Origin: Scenedesmus sp. PABB004
Lineage: Eukaryota
Length of the DNA stretch: 64,000 bases
Assembly (NCBI GenBank): GCA_014905635.1
Contig: JABVCE010000007.1
Location: forward strand, 124,001 to 188,000
Reading direction: 5' to 3'
Shown here piece after piece: positions 1-16,914 of the stretch. The translations under genes and the position numbers were made by a program. Position 1 is the first letter of the stretch, and each line of letters begins with the position of its first letter. Below the pieces are notes generated by a model that saw nothing but the letters and a program-made list of their open reading frames with translations, was not told where the DNA came from and searched no databases.

Positions 1-1116
1 GGCCGGCCGACCCGCTGCTGGCGGCGCTGCTGGACAAGCACAACGCCTTCCGCGCCCGCTACGGCGCGCCGCCGCTGACGTGGAGCGCCAAGCTCGCCAC
101 CAGCGCGCAGGCCTACGCCGACATCTGCGCCAACGGCCAGCTCGCGCACAGCCAGCTGGGCCAGAACCTGGGGTTCACGGGCGGCGACCTCGCGCCCGAC
201 TCGATGGCCACGTCCATGGCCACGCAGTTCAAGGGCTGGTGAGCGCGGCGCGGGCGCTGCGGACGCGTGCCCGCCCGCTGGCGGGCCGCTCCGGCTGACC
301 CAGCGCGCCGCGACCCCGCGACCGCGAAACCGCAGGACGGACGACGAGGCGTCGCTGTACGACTACAACAAACCCGTGCTGGACGCCAGGTACGGCCACT
401 TCACGCAGGTCGTCTGGTACAGCTCCACGCAGATCGGGTGCGGGTACAAGACCAAGTGCAGCTTCCCGTCCGCGCCGGTCGCGGATTTCAAGGTCGCCGA
501 CTTCACCGTCTGCCACTTTGACCCGCCCGGCAACTTTGGGTCGACCTTCAGCTGGAACGTGCTGCGCCCGGGCACGCCGGTCAAGGTGCCCACGGCGCGC
601 ATCACAGATCTGTCGACCAACCGCGCCGCGCTCGACGCCGACACCAAGGTGTCCATCCAGTCCGACCCGCCCGAGTGCCTCACCTCCGACACGATGATGA
701 CCTACGGCTCGGTGCGCCGCGGGCGCTGGGGGGGAGCGGGAGAAAGGGCGCGGCGGCACCACGCGCGCAACAGCGCGGCCCCCCGCGCCCCGCCGACCCG
801 CTTGCCCGCGCCGCGCCGCCGCGCTCCGCGCGGCGCAGGGCTACATCGGCTGGCGCTGGTGCTTGGGCAGCCTCCGGGGCGACATGGGGCTCATGAATAA
901 GCAGTTCACCCTGCTGCCCTCGGCCAACCTGTACCCCACTCCGTGGGTGGCGCTGCAGCAGAACTACAGCATCTCCACGGTTGTGCTCAACCCCGCGTCG
1001 GGCGCGCTGTTCAAGTCGCCCTTCAGGCTGGAGCTCAAGGGCGGCGCCGGCACGACGCGGCTGACGCTCAGGCGTGAGTGCCCGCGCCGCCGCCTGCTGT
1101 CGAGTGCCGCGGCGAC

Positions 1117-1159
<43 letters not shown>

Positions 1160-1444
1160 GCACGCCGCCCACGCGCCGCCCTCGCCCGCGCCGCCGCCGC
1201 CGCCGCCGCCGCCGCAGTGCTCAACGCGGACGGCGCGGTCGTCCGGTCGCTGTACGACGCGCGGCCGCCGGCGGGCTTCCGCGCGCCGTACCGCCTCATC
1301 GTGCGCATGGTGCTCGTCATCGTGGACGCGCGCGGCCGCTGCGTGTGGCACAACGGCGCCGACGTCCAACCCAAGCCGCTCACGAGCGCCCTCCTCAACA
1401 CCCTCTCCTTCTACTCTGATAGGCAAAAGCTCACCTGCCCCTGA
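1..1444 (+). CDS. CAP/SCP/PR-1 (cysteine-rich secretory) domain protein, 5'-truncated by the window edge; 4 exons visible
   Basis: Exons <1-238, 336-711, 839-~1074 and ~1218-1444 are joined by GT-AG introns. They give LDKHNAFRARYGAPPLTWSAKLATSAQAYA..GQNL..W..E...YDY..GHFTQVVWYSSTQIGCG..VCHFDPPGNF, the CAP signature motifs. The C-terminal domain is unidentified. Confidence 0.85.
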
Positions 1445-2025
1445 GCACCTGCCCCTGAGCACTGCCGCCAAGCCCTGGCTGGCCTGACCGGGCCCGCCAA
1501 GAACGCAACGCATCACCGCACTGCATACGTCGTCCCCGATGATTGATCGCCCCGGACCCCGCCCCTCCAGGGGCGCATCCACCCCTCTCCGCGCCCTCGC
1601 TGCGCCGCGCGGCGGCCTTGGCCCCCCGCAGCGGCGTGCGAGGGCGCGCGCTGATCCTTGGGGGGAAAGCACTGAGCCCGTGGAGCCTAGGCAGCGATGC
1701 CAGCTCACCCTGGTCGCAGCGCTGCGGCACAGCGCCGCGCTGGGCGCCAGTATACTGCTTTGATTGTGTCATGTGACATCCCATCAGCAACAGCCCGCAC
1801 GCAGGCAGCGGGCTGCACGCGCGCGGCCTGAGGCGGCGCGGCCAGCCAGCACGGTGCCCGTAGGAGGCCTGCTGGGGGGGAGCTGCCTGGTGTGTCCGAT
1901 GATCGCACGCGCGCGGGGAGGCGGGGTGTGAGTGAGTTGAGTTGCCCCGGGACACCGCCAGCGCGCGCCTGCAGGCTGGCTGCGCTGGCAGCAGCCCCGG
2001 CTGTGGCGCGGTCTTGGGGGAGCTC

Positions 2026-2037
2026 CTGTAATTACAG
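2026..2037. terminator. Palindromic double TGTAA polyadenylation signal between convergent genes
   Basis: CTGTAATTACAG is a perfect 12-bp palindrome carrying TGTAA, the chlorophyte poly(A) signal, on both strands. It lies between the stops at 1444 (+) and 2208 (-). Confidence 0.5.
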
Positions 2038-2207
2038 CCCGACCGCCCGCCGCTGCGCAAGCAATGGCCCGCGCGCAAGTGCGTCCCACGCGGGCAGGGC
2101 AGCCCGCTGGGTCAGGAAGCCCGCTTCCCCGCGCGCGTGCGCCGATCACAGCCGCCGCGCGGCGCCCGCGTGCCGCCCGCGTGCCGCCCCCGCCCGCGCG
2201 CCGCGCG

Positions 2208-4541
2208 TCACGCCCAGCGCCGCGTGCCGACGACGGTCTTGTAGCGCGCGAGCTGCGCGCGGAACTGGCTGTCCACGAGCAGCGCCTGCAGGCGGGCGAG
2301 GCTGGTGAAGGCGTAGTCGATGACCACGTCCACGATCGGGTACTCGCAGGACCCGCCCGGGATGATGGTGCAGAGGTCGGTGCCGCTGCTGATGCCCGCG
2401 TTGGCGAGCTCGTTGATGAGGTCCTGCACGTCGTCCCCGGGCGCCGGCTCGATGCACACGTCCACCACCAGCGTCGCGTTGCCGCCGTCCGTCTGCGCGG
2501 CGCCGCGGCGGCGCGTGAGCAGGGGCAGGGGCGGGCGCGGCGAGCGCGCCGCGCGCCGCGCGCTGCGCGCCGGCGCCGCGCGCCGCGCAGCCTGGCGCTG
2601 CAGGGCGCGCGCGGCGCCAGGGCGCGGCGGCGGCGCGCGCAGCGGCCCACCCCCGGGATGCACTGTATGTTGCCGATGGAGAAGCCGCCGAAGACGTCTG
2701 GGAACTGCTGCTCGAGGTAGCGGAAGATGGCTGTGAGGTTGGCCTCCACCTGGGCGAGGTTGATGTCGGCGCAGTTGACGCCCGCCGCGAGCACGATCGT
2801 CAGCTTGACGGGCAGGCAGTTGGCGGGCGCGGGGGCGATGTACTTCTTGTTCCACTTGAACTTGTACACGTCGTACACGTCGTCGGCCTTGGAGCACTTG
2901 ACCTTGAAGCCCGCGAGCGGGTAGACCTGGCGGTAGTAGAAGTCGGGCTTGGCGTCACACGGGGCAACGCCGCAGGCCGTCTCGTACTTCTTGTAGTTGT
3001 CATAGTCCTTGTAGTAGTGCGTCTTCTTGCCGTCGGCGCCGTCGTGCTTGTAGTAGCTGTCGTACTCGGTCCAGCTCTTGCCGTACTTGTTCTGCACGTA
3101 GCCGTACTTGTCGCTGCCCTTGCCGTGCTTGTACCAGTCGGGGTCGCACGAGCCGCTGCAGCCGCTGCAGCCGCAGTCGGCCCACTCGGGCTTCTTGGGC
3201 GCCTCGTACACCTCGCACTTGCTGCGCGCGCACAGCAAGGCAGGAGGTGGGGCGCGGGCGGCGGCGCACGGCGGCGTGTCAGGCGGCCGGCCAGGCAGGG
3301 CAGCAGGGCCAGGCAGTGTGCGCGTGCGTGTGGGTGGGAGGGCAGCGTGCCGGATGGCTGCCCGCGCGCAGCCGCGGAGCTGACCGCCTAGCCGCGCGCC
3401 GGCTGCCGGCCGCCCAGCCGCGCGCTGGCTGCCAGCCCCCGGCTGCTCAGCCGCTGGCTGGCAGCCACCCCGCCCCGCCACGCGCCGCGCCGCCGGCAGT
3501 GGCCCGCGCGCCGCCACCGCGCGCGCGCCGCCGCGGCCTCACCTGTCCCAGCCCCAGCCGTAGCCCTTGGTTGTGTAAAAGTCGAGCCCCGCCCCCGCCG
3601 CGGCGCCGTCGAGCAGGTGGCGGCCGTGGAAGCGCGCGCTGTCCTTGGCCCACTTGTAGGTCTGATAGTCGCGGCCGTACGACGCGTAGTCGCCGGGCGC
3701 GTAGTCGTAGCTGCCGCTGCCGCAGGTGAGGTTGCGGTCCATGTCCGTCCAAAAGGTCACAGACGTGTAGCCGTACCTGCGCGCGCGGGGCAGCGCCGCG
3801 GCAGGGGCGGCGGCGGTCGCGGGCCGCGCGCCGCGCGGCCGGCCGGCAGGGGCGGCGCGCGGCGGCCGCGCCGCGCCGCGCGGCGGGCGCGGCACGCACT
3901 TGCCGCCGCGGCAGGCCTCCACGCGCACGATGTTCTCCACCGGCCCCAGCACCAGCTGGCTGCAGCCCTGCCCCGCCGCGCAGTCGGAGCCGTAGTAGCC
4001 GCCCGGCGGGCGGGAGCAGTAGGTCTTGTACCCCAGGTACTCGTTCTTGTACGCCATGCCTGGCCGCCGGCCGCGGCGGGCGCGGTCGGCGCGGTCGGCG
4101 CGGCGGGGGGCTGGCGCGGCGGCGGAACGCGGCACGCGCGCCCCGCAGGGCGCCGCCGCCGGCGCCGGCGCACCGGTGAGCATGCCGTTGGGGTCTGCGT
4201 AGCAGTAGATGTGGCTGATGCGCCCGGGGAAGGGCTTGCCGTCGACATCGAGGCCCATGTACTTGTCGCCATCCTTGGTCAGCAGCGGGCCGCCGTGGTC
4301 GGGGGCTGCGCGCGGACCGGACCGGCGCGGCTGAGCTCGCGCCGCCCCGCCCCCGAGTGCTGCCGCAGCCGGCGCCAGGCGGGCGCGCGGCGCGCAGCTG
4401 CTGGGCCAGCGCGCGCCGCGCGCGCCGGCAGCAGCGCGGCCTGCTGCCAGCGCGGTGCCAGCTCCGCCGCCGCTCACCGCCCGCCGCCGCGGCGCCGACC
4501 AGGACCGCCAGCGATGCGAGGGCGAGCAGTCGGCGCGCCAT
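2208..4541 (-). CDS. Secreted Tyr/Lys/Gly/Cys-rich protein with a split jacalin-like domain; about 6 exons
   Basis: ATG at 4541 begins the signal peptide [21 protein letters not shown]. Five GT-AG introns join exons with strong coding bias. Motifs include [38 protein letters not shown] and [16 protein letters not shown]. The 3' end (stop at 2208) is uncertain. Confidence 0.75.
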
Positions 4542-5385
4542 GCTGCTGCCTGCGGCGCGCGGCGGCGGCAGCTGGTGTTGTTGGGCCGCGCGCCGCTGTC
4601 GGTTGCGCCGCCCCGCTGCTCCCGGCGCTGGCGCCGGGCCCAGAAGCTGGAAAAACGCACTCTGCCTCGCTCGCGCGGTGCGCGGGCGCCTGACTGCGCT
4701 GCCGGGCGGCCGGGCAGCGCGGCCGTAGTGCTGCGCGGTCGCCACGCGGCGCAGGAGGCGCTGGGGGGGGGGGGGCACGTCGACGCAGCAGGCGCGAGCT
4801 GTGCGAGCTCTCTGACGCACGTGGCTTGCCTGCTGTCAGGCGCGTGGCAGAGCTGCGATCGCTGTGCGCGGCCGAGTGTGAGCGTTGCACCCCGGCCGGG
4901 CCCGCCGCCGGCACCCAACCGCCGCAACCGCCGCCGGCCAGGCTGGTTGACGAGCGCGCGCTGTTCCTCGTCCGACCCGCACGCCTGCGCAGCTAGCTCC
5001 TAGCTAGCTCCTAGCTCCTGAGCGACAACCTCACCAGCCTGTCCTACGCGCGACCCTCTGCCCAGCTGGCGAACCGCCGCAGCTTGAAAGAACCGCAGCA
5101 GCTCGAAAGAACGGTGAGAACGCCGGCGCCGCCGCAATGCACGGCGGCGGCGCCGCCGGCCTGGGGGGTGAGGGTTCAGGCGGGGCGCGCACTTTCAGCG
5201 CGGGCGCCCGCGGCCAATGCCAGGGAAAGCAGTGCAGGTTCAGCGGGCAGATGGCCCACGCGCGCGCGAGGGACACGCCACGGCCGCCGCCGCCGCCGCC
5301 GCCGCGCCGGAGGCGAGGGCGGGCCGCCCCCGCCGCGGCGCGGCGCCGCGCGGCCAGGCCCGAGCACACGTGACGCCGGCGGGCG

Positions 5386-6697
5386 TCACGCCCCGTGCAC
5401 GGTGAGAATGTAGGCCATCATCGCCGGCTCCACCCCCGCGCGCCCGCCGGCGGACTGGATCGCATACCAGTTGGAGGTGTGCCGCGCCGCGAGGCCCTTG
5501 AGCGCGTCCGCCGCCTGCTGCCGCACGCCGGCCGGCTGGGCGCGGTCCAGCAGGTCCAGCAGGCCGCTCAGCGCGCCCAGCATGGCCCCGATGCGCGTCT
5601 GCGGCGGCGGCGGGCCGCGCGCGAGCGGGCGGGTGAGCGCCCTGCCGCGTGCCGCGCCCGCGCCCGCCCGCGGGCGGGCGGCCGCCCCTTGAGCCCCCCC
5701 CCCAGCGCCCGCGGCTCACCTGGTTTGTTACATGCCGCGCCGCCAGCGCCTTGATCGCCGCCGCGGCCTGCAGCCGCACCTCGGCGTGCCCGTCGCGCAG
5801 CGCGGCGATGAGGCCCGTCAGCGCCCGCGGCGTCGCGGCGACGGCCTCGCGGATGTCGTCCTCGCAGCACGCGAGGTGCGCCAGCGCGGCCGCAGCCTGC
5901 TGCCGCGCGCGTGGGCACGCGTCGCGCAGCAGCGAGGCCAGCCCCGGGAGCGCGCCAGGGTGCGCCGCGACGGCGCGGCGGTTGCCCTGGTGCATCCACG
6001 CCAGCTTGCCCAGCGCCGCCGCCGCCGCCGAGCGCACCGCGCCCTCCGCGTCGGCGAGCGCCGCCACGAGGCCCGCGAACGCGCCGTGCTGCGCGGGCAG
6101 GCGGTCCTGGTTGGCCGGCGCGAGGCTCTCCAGCGCGCGCGCCGCCGCGATGCGGGCCCGCGCCGCGCCGGGCTGCCGCAGCAGCTCCAGCAGCGAGGTG
6201 AGAGCGCCGGGAAGGCGGCCCACCGCCAGCTGGTTGAAGGTGTGGCCGTGCACGAGGTTGGTCAGAGCCGCCGCCGCGGTGGCCGCCGCGCCGGCGTCGG
6301 GCCCGGCCAGCAGGCTGCAGACGCGCTCGAGCGCGCCGCCGTGCGAGCCGAGCGCTGCCTTATTGCCCTCATGCCCACACGCGAGGTTGCAAACGATGCC
6401 GGCCCCTGCCTCACGCACCGCTGCATCGGTGTCATCCAGCAGCGCCGTGACGGTGCGCAGCGCGCCCGGCAGGCCAGCGAGCGCTCCGCGGTTTGCGGGC
6501 GCGCGCGCGTGGCGGCGGAGCTCGCCCGCTGCCGCTGCGCGCCCGGCCGCGTCCAGGCCCGGCCGGTCCAGCTTGGCGAGCTGCTCGGCCATCATCATCA
6601 CGCTCGCCAGCGACGCCTTGCCCGGCGAGCGCGGCTCCGCCGGCGCGGGCGTCGGCCGGCCCGCCGGCCGCTGCGCCACCGCTGCCGCCGCCGGCAT
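5386..6697 (-). CDS. Armadillo (ARM) repeat protein (VAC8/U-box ARM-like repeats)
   Basis: About 8 repeats of the type GAL..L..LL......VR..AA.AL.NLA..H..N...I/V. One intron (~5719-5599), stop at 5386. The start may lie in an upstream exon, since there is an acceptor at ~6716. Confidence 0.8.
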
Positions 6698-7274
6698 CTG
6701 GGGCACCGCCAGCACCTGCGCGGGCGGCGGCGCAGCACGGCAGGGCCAGCGGCGGTGGCGTAAGGCGTTGAGGCGGCGGCGCGAGAGCAGCGCGCGAGGC
6801 GTCCGGGTGTGTGCGCGCTGGCGCCGCTGCAGTGCGGCCGATGTTGCTATGGAGATCAAAATACACCTGTAGCGAGCTGTGTGGCCTCGCGCGAGCTGCT
6901 GGCGCACGGTAGCGAGAAGAAAAACTGCCAACGGGCGGCTCACCTCCCGGGGCCACGGCAGCGCCCCGTACGCGGCACTTGAGCTGCAATTGTTGTGTGC
7001 TGCTGCGGCGAAGCAGCTGCGCGGAGGCGCCGGCGCGACCACGGCGCCGCCGCCGCCCATCTCGCGCTGGGCCGCTCTGCGCCTGCTGCCCTGCGAGCGA
7101 GCACGGTGGTGTGTGTGGAGCGCACTGTGCGGGAGCGCCGCGCTGCGCCGGGGCTGTCTCGGAGCTGGCGCGGCCGGGGCGAGCTCCGACCGCCCAACTC
7201 CTCCGACGCGCGCCGCAGTACGGCCCCGACGCTGCCGAGCCGTGTCACACACCGCAAGCCGCAGGCAAGCGCGC

Positions 7275-9420
7275 TCAAGAGATGTTGGGGCCGAAGGTAA
7301 AGACGCCGGCGCAGAGCGACTGCACCTCGCGCAGCGCGCTGATGCCCTTGGACGCGCGGCCGGCCTCGTCGAACAGCAGCGCGCCGCTCTTGGCCACGAT
7401 CGGCACGACGTACGGGAACGGCCGCACGCCGCCGGCGGGGCTGCCCGGCCGCGCGCCGTCGCCGCCGCCGCCGCCGCCGCCCATCTTGGCCGCCACGTAC
7501 GCGCCCATCGACTTGCTCGCGTGCCGCACCGCCGCGCGCAGCGCCTCGACAAACCTGCGGCAGACGCGGCGCGGCCGCGGAGGCGCGCGGCGGTCGGCGC
7601 GCGCGTTGGGCGCGCGCGCGCGGGCGCGCGGCGCGCGTTCATTCCTTCCTTCCCCGCGTGGCCACCTGAAGTCTGTGATGATGTCCCGCAGCTCGCCCTG
7701 CAGCTCGTCCACCATGCCCGCCTCCACCGGCGACAGCAGCGCCTCCACGCCCGCGCCTGCGCGCCGCGCACAGCGCGCGCCGCGGCGGCGTCAGACCCGG
7801 CGTCGCCGGCCACCCGCGGCTAGCGGCGGCGCGCCGCGGCGCGCGCCGCGGCGCACCCGTGCGCACGCTGACGGGCGCGGGGCCGGGCGGGACGAGGTAG
7901 TCTGCCCACAGGTCCTCCGCGCGCACAAACGAGTCCTCAAACGCGGCGTGCATGGTGATGACCAGCGCCTCAACGTCCTGCGGGCCCCAGGGCGCAGCGG
8001 CGCGACAGCACGCGCGGCGCGCGGCGTGAGCGCAGGGCCCCGCCGCCCGCCACGCCGCGCCGCGCCGCGCCGCGCCTGCTGCGCCATGCTGCCGCCAAAG
8101 TCAACGCCCGCGAGGCCGCGCTGCACCGCGGCGCGCAGGCGGTGCAGCAGGCCCGCCGCGCCGGACTCGATGAAATAGTCACACCGGAAAAACTCCTGGG
8201 GAGTTCGGGTGGGCGATGGGCGGGTGAGAGGGCGGGTGGGCGGGTGTGCGGCGGAGGCGGCGGGCGCGCGGCGGCGGGCGCGGCGCCACGCGCGCGTCAG
8301 CGCACCTCCTTGGCGCGGTCGCTGAGGCACGGCGGCAGCGCGAGCCGGCCGAGGTGCGCCGCGCCGCCGAGGCCCGGGCCCAGCCCCGGCGCGCCCAGCA
8401 GGCCGCCGGCGCCGCCGCTGCCGGCGGGCTGCAGCTGCGGCAGGCGGCTCTCGAGGTACATGTGCCTGCGGGGGGAGCGGGCGGCGCAGCGGGACGAGGC
8501 TGGCCCGCCGCGCCCGCCGCCGCTGGCAGGCCGCGCCCCAGGTGGCCGCGCCTGCGCCGCGCCGCCGCGCGGCGCGCACACCTGCCGACAATGTGCAGCT
8601 TCAGCCGCACCAGCAGGTCCAGCAGCGGCACGAGCCACACCGCACCCAGCGCGCGCACGAAGCTGTGCGCCGCGAGGCCGCGCCAGAGCGCGAGCTTCTC
8701 CTCGCTGCCCAGCGCCGCGGCGGCGGGGGAGCGGAGCTGCTCGCGCAGCGGCTCGTAGTTGGTCGCCGCGAGCAGCACCTCGTGCAGGCGCGGCAGCAGC
8801 TCCTCCAGCGCCTGGCGATCGCTGAGCTCCTGGATGGACGCAAAGTGCGCCGCCAGGCTCTCGTCCAGCTCGCCGCCGCCGCCGCCGAGCTCACCGCCGC
8901 CGCCCCGCTCGCCGCTGCCCTGCGCGGCGCCGCCCGGGCCGCGCCGCGCCGGCTGGCCCGCGCCGGTGATGCCGCCGAGCGCGGCGAGCTCCGCCGCGCG
9001 CTGCCGCTCGCGCTCCTGCTGCTCCTCCTCGCTGCTGTACCACCTGGACCGGCGGCGGCGGCGGCAGGCCCCCGGGAGGGGGGGGGGGCGTCAGCGGCCG
9101 CGGGCGTCGGCGGCCGCGCGACCCCACGCGCGCTTAGCGCCGCCGCTCGAACGCACCAGTAGTAAGCCGCCGCGCCCGCTGCACCGAGGGCACCCACGGC
9201 CAGGATCTTCCGTCGGTGCCTTGGGGGCAGGCGGGGCGTCGGTCGGCAGCGGCGCGTCGGCGAGAGCAGCAGCGGCGGCGCGCGCGCCGGCGGCGTGCGT
9301 GCGGCGGCGGCCTGGCGGCGGCTGCCTGGATGCTGGCCGCGACACGGGGCAGCTGCTGGGCAGGCGCAGCGCCCCTGCCGGGCCGCAGGGGCGCGCCCAC
9401 CTGCGCCAGAAGGTCGACAT
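7275..9420 (-). CDS. PEX3: Peroxisome biogenesis protein PEX3; 8 exons
   Basis: Spliced product MSTFWRRHRRKILAVGALGAAGAAAYYW...AHFASIQELSD...EEKLALWRGLAAHSFVRALGAVWLVPLLDLLVRLKLHIVGRHMYLE matches plant PEX3 motifs (N-terminal basic stretch plus TM, KL.LW, GR..Y). Confidence 0.9.
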
Positions 9421-9630
9421 CCCGCTGCTGCGCGGCCCAGCGGCCGAGCGGCCGCGGTACGCGCGCGCGCAGGGCCGGGAGTCGCCCGCCGACACCAGGT
9501 GCCGCCGACAGCACGGGCTCGGCGGCCGCAGGCGTGCTCAGGCGACAGGGCTCGGCAGCAGCAGGGCGGTGCTCGTCGTCGAGCGCGGCGCGCAAGCCTG
9601 GTGGCCGCCTTGACACGAGCGGTGCGGCAT

Positions 9631-9650
9631 CCTCGAGAATCCTCGAGAAT
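9631..9650. promoter_or_regulatory. 10-bp direct repeat resembling a heat-shock element in the PEX3/USP39 divergent promoter
   Basis: CCTCGAGAAT x2 reads as cCTCg-aGAAt-cCTCg-aGAAt: alternating nGAAn and one-mismatch nTTCn pentamers. Confidence 0.25.
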
Positions 9651-9923
9651 GGCAGACGCGGGCGCCGCGAGCTGGGCGTTCGTGAGCGCGCAGGGCGCAG
9701 CAGCAGTCGGGCCCGCGCCGCTCCCCTGCCGCTCCCCACGCCTCCCGCTCGCGCCCCAGACCGCCACGGCGGCGATCCCGGACAAGCACCGCCCACGCGC
9801 TCCCAGCGCGCGCGGCCGGCCCCCAGCACGCATCTGCTCTGCAAGCCAGGCCTCTCCCGCACCCGGCACGCCCAGGCCCAGGCCGCGCGCCCGGACCACC
9901 TCCAGGCGGTCTAGCTACCAGCC

Positions 9924-16398
<6,475 letters not shown>

Positions 16399-16914
16399 GC
16401 GCGCCGCCGAGCCCGCCGGTAAATCGCGCGCGCGCGCGTGCGGCCCGCCGCCCCTCCTGCGGCGGCCCCGGGCGCCCGGCGGCGCCGCCGCCGCGCTCCG
16501 GGACTTTCCGTGCGCCCGCGGAGTGCCGCCAGCGCGCACGTGGGGTGGCGAGGGGCCTGGAGTCGTCCCGAACGTTCTGGCGAACGCCGCGGTCAGCCGG
16601 GTCCTGATGACCGCGCCCGCGGTGTCCGCGCGCTCAAAGGCCCCGCGCGTCGTCGGCCCGTGCCCACACCACGCGATCGCGCGCACGACCCAGCAGGTCG
16701 CAGCAACACCCAGCACGTCCCGCGACCTCTCGCAAATGCAGCCTGCCGGATGCAGCCTCCCGTTCGCCTGCTGAGCGGACTCATCGCACGACACGCAACT
16801 CGTTCTAGCGAGCTCCTCCGCTTGGCTGCCCCCGCGGGAGCAGCAGCAGCAGCAGCAGCGAGGCGATTTGCGACGCGGCAGCCGCTGAGCTCGTTCCCAC
16901 AGATCAGCGCCAGC

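Noticed and set aside
1119..1215. (GCC)n and (GCCGC)n runs here and throughout (e.g. 35255-35345, 52846-52888)
   Set aside because: These are ubiquitous low-complexity intron/UTR microsatellites, with no terminal repeats or target-site duplications to indicate mobile elements.
4991..5020. AGCTAGCTCCT short tandem repeat upstream of the jacalin-like gene
   Set aside because: It has only 2-3 degenerate copies and no supporting context, so it is likely simple slippage.
16564..16578. Possible heat-shock element (cGAAcgTTCt) upstream of ClpB
   Set aside because: Only two perfect pentamers are present. It is plausible but too weak to call from sequence alone.
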